Origin: Camelus dromedarius
Taxonomy: Eukaryota
Direction: 5' to 3'
NCBI RefSeq assembly: GCF_036321535.1
Contig: NC_087436.1
Span: 37,884,001-37,948,000, forward strand
Length of the DNA: 64,000 bases
Shown here: in pieces, positions 39,926-52,364 of the stretch
Layout: each line of letters opens with the position of its first letter
Position numbering within the stretch: position 1 is the first letter of the stretch
Notes under the pieces: model-generated
Database searches by the model: none
The model's input: the letters and a program-made list of their open reading frames with translations, nothing else
Told to the model about the DNA's origin: nothing
Made by a program: the position numbers and the translations under genes

Positions 39926-41769
39926 AGTTATGTCTCATTTTAAAGAGTTTTGGTTTTATTGTTAGGTCAATACTAATAGATACAGTTTGTAAATTTAACT
40001 ATGGAAATGACTTTTTTTCCTGAAGTTCTTTACTTTCGTGTATTATGCTCTATAGAAATGATGTTGAGACTGATTCAGAATTTTAGTAAGGAAGAGTTAA
40101 GTGAGAGGATGTTAAATATGAAATTCTTACTATTTCATTATGTTTTCTTTTCTCCACCTTGATCACTTGCCTCCTGGCTTCTATTGATTATTGAGTAGGA
40201 TTCCAAACATTTTCCCATCACACTGGTATAGATTGTTTGAATTTGTAAGATCAAGATTTGTTTTGAATATTTGTTTTCCTTTTGATTACCCATTAGTCAT
40301 CTTAGCTAGATAGTCTGGATTTTCACAGCTTACTACCTTTTGAATACAATGAGTTGTGCTTTTGCCAATTTCCAAATCATGGTTTTTCTTACATAGTCCA
40401 CATGTGGACAACAGTCTGCCAACAAAGTAAACAAAAACCAAGTTAAGTTACAGACAGATGCAGCTGAAATACCAAATCACCCATGGCCTCTTCTGGAGTT
40501 GTGTTTATTTGCACACAGTGAAGATTCGTATTTCCCTGCAAAACAAGAGACAGTTACTTTTGCTGTTTTGAAATAGCAGAACTGAGCCTCACCTGCAGGA
40601 GTTGATGAAATCTGTCCTGGTGCGACATGGTCCCTGAGAAGGGACCACGGGGAAAATGTCAGAGAAAGTTGAGGTTTACAAGTTACGATGTCGAAGGGAG
40701 ATAGGGAATTTAGTCACATTTTCTAGACATCCAGGAGTGCATGTTTTGAGGCAGTGACAGAATCGGAAAGAATTAGCCTGGAAGGCATGCTTAGTTCGTT
40801 TGGTCCTAACTATTGCCACAGTACAGAAGCAGTCACATTGATAAAATCTTATCAAGAGATGCTTATATTATTCTATGCAATTTCCAAGGAGAGGCCCTCC
40901 AACCTCACAAGGTTGTACAGTGCAGCTTTTCCTTGACATCCTATTTAAATGTTTCTCTCAGTTCCATCCAACCTTCCTTCCAGTAGGGTGATGCCTAAGA
41001 GGGAAAGCAATGATCCCATTGGCCTGCATGCGTACTTTCCCCTTTAGATTCATTCACTTGGCTCTCATAAAGATGAGTTTATTTCACTTGTGACTGAGTC
41101 CATCTCGGGAGGGGATGAGGTAATAAAGTGAACCTCCATCATTTTCCAGAGCTGATAGGAGACTTGCCTAAGGTGAAGGAGCCCAAGAGTGGGAAAGCCA
41201 AAGCCAGAAGAGCAATCTTTTGACTCCTGATTAAGTATTCTTCCTTTGAATACTGTATATAAGTAGCTACTCTTAAGAATATATTAAAATCAGATGTAGA
41301 AAGTCAGTGGAATGTAAGTTTTTCCTGTACAGGAAATTGAGGCAACGCAGTAAAGAATAGGTGCTGAGCCCAGTGTCTGACCAAGAAAAGAGAATTATTT
41401 TGTCAGTCATTGAAAAGTAAACAGAAAGAATACAGAATTACATGAGGACAAATCTCCTTTAGCCCTTAAATGCACTGGGTTATTTTAGGCTCATTTGGAA
41501 AATATTTTATCCAGTAAAACTGAAATTGTAGCTGCCTAGATTAATTCTGCTTCATTCCTGACCTGGTCATGCCAGTTCTTCTCATGGTTCTGGTTCTGGC
41601 CTCAGGGTCTACACTGATTCTAGGATTTACTCTGTATGATCTTGGTAATTTGTTTATCAATCATTGCTGAGCGTCAATGTTTCCATATGTAAAATGTGGG
41701 CTGCTTGGAGGAGTTCTTGTGGAAGATGAACGGACCCTGAGGCTAACATCTCCTAAATGCCTGCTGTCT

Positions 41770-42260
41770 ACCAGACATACTTTATATACTCTGTATTTTT
41801 TTTGACCATTAAAGCAACTCTTTAGACACTCCTGTCCTCATTTTATAGATGGGGTAGCTGAGATGGAGAAAGGTTAAGATGACCTTTCCTAAGAATATAT
41901 AATTGATAAGTTGTGTACTTGGATGGCAAGTCAAGTTTGTCTGACTCCAAACCAAAGTCTCTCTGTCCAGTGTACTTGACATTTCTATCCATACCTCACA
42001 AAGTTACTTTGAAGATCTGATGAAAACTTTAGAAAACTGCAAATTGCTATATCAATGTGAAATAATGTTATTTCTTCTAAGTGTTTCTAGCTGCTTATCA
42101 GAATTTAGCAGAAAGATCCAAGGCAAAAATATGTCTAGGGGTATTATTTTTTCTGCTTTATGGATGAGGAAGTTGAGGCTCACAGGGATAAGGAAGATGC
42201 CCACATAGCCAGCAAGTGGCAGAATAGGATCAGTCCCTAGTCTGGCTCTAAAGCCCGCTA
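41770..42260 (-). mobile_element. MIR fragments (two cores)
   Basis: ctcattttatagatggggtagctgag at about 41837 and tttatggatgaggaagttgaggctca at about 42157. Confidence 0.6.
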
Positions 42261-42699
42261 GCCTTGTGTTCTTCTCTAGGCCTGGGTTCTTGCTCTGGAG
42301 TAGGGGCTGGGATTCCATTGCTCATGGACTGGCTCCTGTGATGGAACTTCCCAGCCGGTGATCTCTGATACCCTGGTAAGCTGAGAATAGGTTACTAGTC
42401 TGTGTTGAGATATTGATACTGATGATAGTATTTTTAAGACCATCTGCACTAAGTTAACCCATTCAGAATTTATGACAGTTGAATACAGCTCTGTTTATAT
42501 GGCAACCCATCTATACTTTCTGAATTCAGAAATGATTCTGTGCATACAAATCTTGGTGGAGCCCCTGCCTGGAGACAATGCTCTATAGTTGGCCATACCA
42601 CATGGCACTACTTCTCACTTTCCTGCTGAATCATCTCAGCCAGATTTTTGCTTTTTTCTGAATTTGTTTATCTTTGTTATCTCAGTTTGTTTCGAAAAC

Positions 42700-43110
42700 C
42701 CTGACAATCAGGATATTCAGAGAAGTTTTTACATGTGTGAATTTGCCTGTAAATCTGAATTCCATAAAATGTGATGTTACCAAAGTGATGAATATAATAA
42801 AATCCAAGCCACCACTCTTTTCTTCAGCATCCTTCAGAGAAACAGATCAGAATTCTGTTAAGCTTTTCTTATCAGAATGCATTGGCTGTTTAAAGGAAGA
42901 GCTTTGCAAATAGTTTATTATGTAAAATAATTTTTTTTTTCCATTTGGGGATTGTGAAGACTCTGCAGATTTGTTGAGGAATAGTAATTAGCCTTAAAAC
43001 ATGGCCGAATTGACTGATGTTCTTGAGCTTCTGAATGAAGGACCAGATGAAAATACATTTATATGTACGGAGAAGCTATGGATTCAAAGCAAAGATTTGT
43101 ACTTGGTGTT
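42700..43110 (+). mobile_element. Ancient hAT (Charlie/Buster) transposase coding remnant
   Basis: Collinear frameshifted peptides IFREVF...LP..L.SI..DVTKVMNIIKSKP, HWLFKGRAL..VY, MAELTDVLELLNE..G..NTF and GFKAKICTW resemble conserved Buster-family motifs. Confidence 0.7.
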
Positions 43111-44069
43111 TTAGTTTGAATCTTTAAGAATTACTATTTTTAAATAGAGTAACATCTGTGAATGCTTGAGGGCAAACCTCATCAGCTTGTGCTCTTCCTT
43201 GACCCTTCTCCTCCTCTCACCTTCTAGTCTGTCAGGAGATGGTGTCAGCTTTCTCTTCAGATCGTACTCAGAATCTGGTTACTTCTCACCATCTCCACTA
43301 TTTCCCTGCCACAATCCTCCCATATCACCACTCTCTATGACCTAGATCACTGAAATAGCCTCCTACAAAAGTAAAGAAAGGAAAATGTTAGTAAATGTTT
43401 TACTAATAAGTTCTGTCTTCTGTAAACACAGGCTATTAATATTCTCTTTTCCTAAGCATTCTTTGTAAAATACTGAGCAAACTGTTACGAGTACATCTTA
43501 TGCTGTGGGGAACACACGGCAGTTCTTGTCCACTGCCTTGAGGAGATCATCTTTGGGGAGACGAGGATCACATATTAGAGTTTCACTGATCATATGAATT
43601 AAGTGACAATAACCACAGAAATAAATTACAAGTGCCCAACTGAAGTAAGGCATTTTATATAGGGAACTCCATGAACCTATGTGAATTTTGTAGATTAGAA
43701 AAGTTTTCATGAAGGATGGAAGTGAGCTATGTCTCAGATGATGCTGAGGAGTTGTAGCAAGGAGGCCACATGGCATCTTTGCAGTTGTGCTGAGTAAGAA
43801 TGAGCTCAGTTTTCTAAGAGGAATGTACCAGTTGGCTGAAGAACAGGAGGTAGCTTCACTTGAAGGATAATTGCCGATGAGAGGATGAAGTGGGTTCAGG
43901 CTTACCACTTGGTAAGCCACTGGAGCCATATTTGGGGATAAGACTGGTTCCTATCCAGTTGCTAGAATCCTGAGATGGGGGAGAGGGGGATGGACCCAGC
44001 CAATATTATTATTAGGAAATCTTGAGGGGAGTTTAGTATGTGGTTTTGGAGAGCATGTTGGGTGTAGCA

Positions 44070-44173
44070 AGGGTGACCAATTGTCCTGTTTGCCCAGGAT
44101 TCTCTCACTTTCAGCACTAAAAGCCCCATGTCACAGGTTGAAACCCCTCAGGCAAAGTGGATGGTTATCGCTT
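44070..44173. mobile_element. hAT-Blackjack MITE (MER94-like)
   Basis: agggtgaccaattgtcctgtttgcccaggat terminus with a degenerate inverted end gatggttatcgct. Confidence 0.55.
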
Positions 44174-44470
44174 ACAGTCTAGTATAGTTGAGACAAGCGA
44201 TTGTTATCTGAGGTCCAAACCAGAGTAATGTATTAGCATGTTAGCAAGGGAACAGAGCATGACAACCAAAAGCCCACAGCATTCAGAGCTCTGGTAGGCA
44301 GGCAGTGGAGCTGAATTGTATTTTGGCTGAGAGCAGCTGGGCCAAATAAAATGTACTCAAAAGCAGCATTGTCAAAGCAACTTTGTCTATGTGACAGTCT
44401 AGTTGAAACAAATTCTGAAAAAAAAAAAAAAAAAAAGAGCATTTTACCCACTGACTTTCAAGTTTTGTAT

Positions 44471-44473
44471 AAT

Positions 44474-44518
<45 letters not shown>

Positions 44519-44533
44519 AACAGCAGCAGCAGC
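44471..44533. repeat. (AAC)14 plus (AGC)4 compound microsatellite
   Basis: Direct reading; a poly(A) run lies upstream at about 44418-44436. Confidence 0.97.
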
Positions 44534-44775
44534 TACCATTAATGAATATTACCTTGAACCAGGCACCTTGCTAGATTTTACAAATATTCTCACCTCCAGT
44601 CTTCCCAACCAGCCTATGAGATGGGCATCATTATTTTTTCCATTTTATAGACAAAGAAACTGGTCGTGTGAGAGATTAAGCTGTTTGCTCAGTTACAATG
44701 CTAATTAATCAAAGCTAGGGACTTGAACTCTGGACAGCCCAAAGCCCGTGCTCTTAGTCACCATGTAGTACCATC
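44530..44775 (-). mobile_element. MIR SINE
   Basis: Core ccattttatagacaaagaaactgg...gagagattaag...gggacttgaactc; tail expanded into (AAC)n. Confidence 0.75.
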
Positions 44776-46362
44776 TCCTGGTATCAAGGAACCTGATTTG
44801 TTTATTATTTATTTTTCCTTTACTACAAAAGTAACACTTGTTAACTCCAGAAAAATTGTAACATAAGGAGTGGCAGAAGACTATGCAAAATAGGCACAAT
44901 TCCCTCTACTTAGAAACAAATTCTGTTAATACCTTTGCTGGTATCTTTGGTTTTTTTTTTTCGAGGGCACATGATGTACACACACACACACACACACACA
45001 CTTTTTTCCATAAAAATGACTCTGATGAATCTTTTAAAACCAATTGCTAGACATTTATTTTTTCCAACTTATTTTGTCAGATGTTTAGACTGTTGCAATT
45101 TTTTGATACTACAAACAGCTTACGGTAGACATAATTAACTGAAGATGATATACAAATAAAATAAAGCAAAATGCAGCAAGACTGAAAAACAAAAACCAAA
45201 AAATTCACAATGATGAACAGTAATTCAAGAGATGCATAACAATTATTAAATCACTCACTCTGGGTTGTATCCAGATCACTAATACAGTGAAAACCAGTGA
45301 CTGAGGAGTATATGCTTTTGAACAGACTGTGATATTGAATAGCTTTCTTGCAGTTAAAGTTGGGTTTTCAGCAAAATCACCAGGAGCCCCTGACAGAAAC
45401 CATAAGCAGGACCCCAACCCCCAGGCAAAGTCCCAGGAAGGCGGCTGATCCCTAAAATGTAAATGCAAGAAATGACTATTTTGTGGAGGAACTGTGCTCA
45501 GGGGAATACGCCACAAACCCAATGACCCGAAACCATAGCTGTGAGAAACAGAAGTAAATTTCAAGCTAATATTAAAACAGTTATCAAAGCTGGAGGTCGT
45601 GGCCAGGCTCATGACAACTGGGGGGTTGATGCTGGGTCTCAGAGTGGTGGGTCAACTCTCTTTAAAACCTTTTTGCCAAAGGGCAGGACACTGGGCCTGA
45701 GATGAGCCTACAGGTGGGGAGAATCACCCCAGAGAGTTTAAAAGAGCTCCAGGGATTAGAAATCGGGCAGGAGAGTAAGATAATGAAGAGCTGTTGGGTG
45801 GTTAACTCAGCTAAGTATAGGCAAGGAAGCAATTTAAGAGGATACTTCTTAAAACCAGCGTGGTAGCAAATGAAAAGGAAGAGACTCTTGGTCTGGGCGG
45901 TGGTAGGAATTACACATAGAAAGATATCTAGGTATCTCCGTGAAATAAATAGATGGGAGTAATAACTGTCATGACGTTCCTCTTCTTATCACACGTTTAG
46001 TGTGCAGACAGATCATGTAGTTAGTTGATCCTTGGAGCTTGTAATGCTGACATTAGTTTTATTAAATCAAAGTTTTAACTGGCATATTAAAATTTTCTTT
46101 TATTAAAGAACCCCTAAATAGGCATGCTATGTCTTAGGATTGCAGATTAAGTTAATGCTATAATGTTTTAAAATTAAAAATTATTATCTTCTCTTCATGC
46201 TATGAAGGTCTTCACAAAATTAATGACTAGTATGCTGGAAAGACATTTCAATTAACTTTCTTGGATATTGATCAGATAAGCCCTAAGATTTATGATTATT
46301 TTCTGAAATCTTCATTAGATGAGTCCTTTGTTGCTTTGAATGACTCTCTTAGCAAGTAGTTT

Positions 46363-46434
46363 CCAAACCCTGGAAAGTATCGCTTCTGAATTAATTTACC
46401 AAACCCTGGAAAGTATCGCTTCTGAATTAATTTA
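46363..46434. repeat. Perfect 36-bp tandem duplication (2 copies)
   Basis: ccaaaccctggaaagtatcgcttctgaattaattta at 46363-46398 and 46399-46434. Confidence 0.98.
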
Positions 46435-48113
46435 AAAAGAAATCTCTCTTTTGCTGAATGTCCACATTGTGTTTTTTTGTTTGTTTTTGTTGCCCTAAGA
46501 TTAACAATTGTATAGAAGTTAACTGTGTTCTTAATTAGAAATAACTTTTTGTGTTTCTGGAGGAATGAAATTCATGAACTTCCACTGCTCTAAATATTAC
46601 AGTAACTTCATTTAATTAACTGCAGCTAATGGCTAGATTTGCTTCCCTGCTTTGAACTTTTGAGTCAGTCCTCCCTTGCACAGTATTTGATGCATATGAT
46701 CATCATTTCTGTCTCTCCCATGGAATTTTCTAATATTTATTGTTTTTAAAATTACGAAGTAATCTTTGTTGTAAAAAGAAACTAAGACAGTATTCAATAT
46801 AGACTGCTCCTTCTCCCAGCTTCAGAATGATAGCTTTGTAACGGTTTGATGCACACTTTTACAATCTTTCATGAGGTTCTGCTTGTGCACACATAATACA
46901 CACATACATATATACACTCAGTACACATTCCTCTTCCTCCCCACTACCCCACCTCTTCCTCTGTCTCTTCCTCCCAAATATAAGTGCTGTGACATTGCCA
47001 ATGGAGAGAAGGCTTTGTTCTGTGTTCGTTGCTTTATTGGATTTCACTCCTGGATGGACCTTATAGTCCTTGTCCTTTCCCTCACTTGCCCACCACAGAG
47101 GTCCAGTAAATTTGCTCTGCTTCTCTATCTCAGCCACCAAAACTAGCAGCCCTCCCAGAACAAATTCTCGACTCTGTAAAAGACAGCAGTTCTGGGTGTT
47201 TCTCCTGGGGACAGCCAGCTAAGCAGCCCCGGTTCTGGCTTCCCTGGTGATTGGCCCCAGGCCCAGAGGGGCTTTCGTATCAGTTGATTCCAAGTGTGGA
47301 GTTGCTTTGGAGTTTCCTTGGGTTATTCTTTGCAGCATTCCTCTTCTCAGTCTGTTATGGACTGAGATGTCTTCTGCATTGTCATTTCAACTCTGTCTAA
47401 TTTCTATCTTCTAGAATTTTCTAAAAAGTGTTGGGATGTTGATGGTAGAACTTGTTTTCTTCTCTTTTCTGTCATTTTAGTGGGATTTAGGTACACATGA
47501 TGATCCACTCAATGCTTTGAACCTTCCAAGTGCCTAGTCTTTTTCCTATTTCAGGTCCAGCTTTTGGAAATTCTTTCGGGTTCATTTTCAGTTCCTTTGA
47601 TTTGTGTTGTAAATTGAAAGGTCTTTTTCCTTTCAGTATTGTGTTTAGTACCAATCATAATTAAATCATCGCTATCTCATTGCTCTCTGTTTGGTTTCAG
47701 AAATGACACCAGTGCTCAAGAGTTTTCTTTTCTACTGAATTTATGGACCTTCACAAAGTGTTACTGCACAAAGCCAATTACTGATTCTAAATTTACTTTT
47801 AGAAATTTAAATAATAATTATCCTTATTTCATTTAATATATACATATATATATGTATATAAATGTCACTATCTTTAATATCTATTTGTATTTTATTTGCT
47901 AGGTGACTAAATATTGTCAGTTTCCTTTGCCAGTGTCCAGATCAATTGGAGATATAAAAAATAATGGTAACTTATCATGAACACATGGTACTCACTGTAT
48001 CTTAAAATGATTTCTTAAATACTGTCAGAAACAAATGAATGATTTAGCATTTCTTTTGTTATTATTGAGATATATTGGTCATTCAACAGTTTTTTTTTTA
48101 AATTTTATATCAG

Positions 48114-48288
48114 GAAGGAGAAAATATTTTCTATTTGGCAATTGAAGATATAGAAACAGATACAGAGCTTCTGATTGGCTACCTGGACAGTGACATGGAG
48201 GCTGATGATGAAGAACAGCAAATTATGACAATGATCAAAGAAGGAGAAGTCAAAAATTCTAAAGGACAATCAACAGCTGGCAGAAAAG
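48114..48288 (+). CDS. PRDM5: PRDM5 exon 4 (end of PR domain plus acidic linker, [36 protein letters not shown]...STAGRK)
   Basis: Acceptor tatatcag|GAA, donor AAAG|gtatta; 175 nt, phase 0-1; IFY...ELLIGY motif closes the PR domain. Confidence 0.97.
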
Positions 48289-50421
48289 GTATTACCTCTA
48301 ATTGACAGTCTGAGAGATTGAAAGTTGTAGGAGAAATATAGTTTGAGCTGTGCTTGAATTATAATTGCATTATAATGGGGTGATCTCAAAATAAAGTTAG
48401 TTTTTGTCAGGATTGCTCTCAGAGAGTGTCCTGTAGCGTGCTTGTCTTTCAGCAGGAAGAGAATGCCGGGTGAGGGGTGATGGATGTGCCCCGTAGCACT
48501 GCCAAAGTCAGTGGCAGCTCCCGGCTCCCACTGCTCTCACTGGTGGGTGGTGGTAATGAGGATTTTTGTATTCTGGCCCCGAACCTGCCATTAATCAGTG
48601 TTGTAACTGGGCCGGTCACTAACTCTGAGACTTTACTTCCTCATCTGCACATGTGGAAAGCTGAGTTCAGAGGTGTGCAGAGGTCCTGCTGGGCCCTGTG
48701 GGATTATTCCTGGACCTCACTCCTGTTTGAGATCCTTTGAGAATCTGGAGCTTCTGGAAGTCTTTCTCTGCTCCAGTCGTAGAGCCGTACAGCACTGCTA
48801 GGCTGTTCCAGTTGGGTCACCAAAAACGCATGATAACCCTGGGTGGAGCTGCCCAAATCAGCCCTGCAGTCCAGGAGGTAGATGTCGCATGTGTGTCATC
48901 CCCGGGGAATAATCTGGTATTATTAGGGCTTGTTTCTGTTATGTGTGGTGCTCCTGATGGAGGTTGAGGGAAATGTAAATGATGTTATAGGTGTTCACAT
49001 TTTGTAATAGGCTGATACTTAAACTACAGAGTATTTTTCCCATTTACTTAGCAAAGCCACTTCAGAAGTTTCTTTTGTCACTGTGGTAGGAATGTCTTTT
49101 AATGGATTTTCTGTTCTAACTCTGTGTCATTGGCTGAGAAAGTATGAGTATTCCCAGTATTGCCAGATTACGTTTCTATTTCTTTATCTTAGTTGGATTA
49201 TTTAGGAAGATGAGGACAGTCTGTCCATCTTTCAAATATGCATTATGCTGTTTAGAATGTCAGATTTGGGGTGATGAGAATTAATTCTGTATTATTCTGT
49301 TTTCTTTCTTTTCTTTTCTTTATTTATTTTCAATGTATTTATTTTCAACATTGCCCCCAACATTGAAAATAATACTCCAACCAATATCAAGGTATGGTAT
49401 TAGTGTCCACTATTTTCCCTTAAAACTAAGTCTCCTACTTAACTATTTTCATCCCAGTTTTTCTTTACAAAATGTCAATTTCCATTACTTTTGTAAAAAG
49501 AATAAACAGAAACTTAAACAGATTTTTAGATCATATGAATCAGGTACTTACATTGTTGATATTTTTATTTTAGAGTTCAATTTTGTTTATAAAAGCAAAA
49601 TATAACCCCCCCCCCCAAAAAAAACAAACTAAAAATCCAAAACTAAAGCAAAAACAACCAAACAACCAGCAAAAGAAACAAAAAATTCACTCAAATATCA
49701 AACAATGGAGAGTTTGGTTAAATAAGTAAGTTATGGTACCTTGAGTTTAAAAAAAACTTTTTGACTTGAGAAAAATGTTGAATGGAAAAAACAGCAATAT
49801 ATGAAATGGCATGAAAGGTAGCTGTTCTTAGACTGAGCTGAAAATTTGAATGCACCAAAGTCAGGCATGGAGATAGATGCTAGTTCTCTTGTTTATGGGA
49901 CCACTGGTGGCTTTTATTCTCTTCATATTTTCTACATTTTTCCTAAATCTAATCTTATTTGATAAGCAGAAACAAATCTATATAATTTAAATAGCACGCT
50001 TTGAAAAATTTGGATAGAGCCGTGACAGTCCACATGGGACGAGCCAGAGAGACAGTGGAGCCTCACTCTACCTGCTGTAATGAGTGCTGTTTTTATGACC
50101 TTGGTCTTTTTTCACATATATGTGAGATTCCCCTTGGTAACTCAGCGTAGTTCCTCTTGGTTGGATTTTTCTCTTCTCTTGCAGCTAAAAGTGAACTCAA
50201 CATGACCTGTTTCAGGGAAGACTTTGGCTTTCCAATTCGACATTTGTAATAGCTCTTTGATGTGAAAAGTTAACATTACAGGGTAAATTAAAAATTGATT
50301 TTGATTTTGTATTAATTTGATGAAATGGAAGTTAAATGATTTTTGAAATAATGTATTATTCTCTAGCAACACTTCCTATTATTTTTCATGGACAGCCTAT
50401 TTATACTCATAGAGATAATAA

Positions 50422-50748
<327 letters not shown>

Positions 50749-51864
50749 TAAGCTAACACTTTATTCCACTTGGTTTGTCTGATAGTTTCTAACCTGTATG
50801 TGTGATGGTGTGTGTAGAGCAATTAAGCATTCTGTATGGTCATCAACTTACCTTTTCTGAGTATAGGTTGTTGATTTTTGAAATATTCTGATTATGAAGT
50901 TTAACAAGTAAGATTATTTATGCTAATCAGCCTTTGTCCATTTAATAACTTGCCATTAAATATTAAGCTCATTGGTTTACTAATCTGAAATCCGACATTC
51001 ATAATTTAGCTAGTGCTTTGAGGTGGCAGATCGAGTTCCAGTGGTCTGTACTTGATATTCCCTCTGCAATAAGTAAAAAAAAAAAAAAAAGTTTAAGGAA
51101 TGGAGAGAGTTCAGAGTATAAAGGACGCAAAGACATTTTGTGAAGCACTGTGTATTTCATAGCAATGTTGGAGAACTAATTTAAACACGACTAGGTGCAG
51201 GCTATTAAATGAATTAAACAATCCCACGCATTGCTCTGCACCATTTATTATGTTAACTATTTATATTAACATCATTAAAGTTATCCTTTTACTTAAATAT
51301 TTTTCAGTATCATGAATAATTAAAAGTGAGCAACTAGATATGTCTATTTATAAACTTTTATTTTAACAGAATGTCACCTTGCATATAAGCAAGAAATCTT
51401 TAACATAATAATGTTTCATTTTTTTATTCATTAAAATTCTGAACCATGCTGTATTTCATATTAAGACTGTTTTCATGTATGCATCTACTTTTGCTTATAA
51501 AATTTGAGATGAGAAATTTCTGCTCAAAATAAACTTTAAAATTTTACACTTTTAGAACAGCAACAGATGATACATTTGGAAATTTTATTATAAACTCTTA
51601 AAAAAAAGCAAAAGCTATATAGTTGTTAATGAATAGATTCTAAAACTGCATTCTGGTCAGCTTTTATTGAATATAATATTATATATTCTACACCAAAGAT
51701 ACTTTTACTGGGCTGAGTCTTATGGCTAAATTAGGTGTTACTAAAAATTTTAAAGAGCAAAAGGCAGAATGAAAAGACAGATCATTCCAAGTAGAGATAT
51801 TTTCATAAGATTTTGTCTTAGACTTCCAGTTTTCTTTCTTTCTTTTTCTTCTATCTCCCCTCAG

Positions 51865-52364
<500 letters not shown>

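Noticed and set aside
44351..44708. Poly-Asn and poly-Thr ORFs
   Set aside because: They are translations of the (AAC)n microsatellite at a MIR tail.
46363..46434. 36-bp repeat as a CRISPR direct repeat
   Set aside because: Only two abutting copies, with no spacer and no cas genes, in a mammalian intron.
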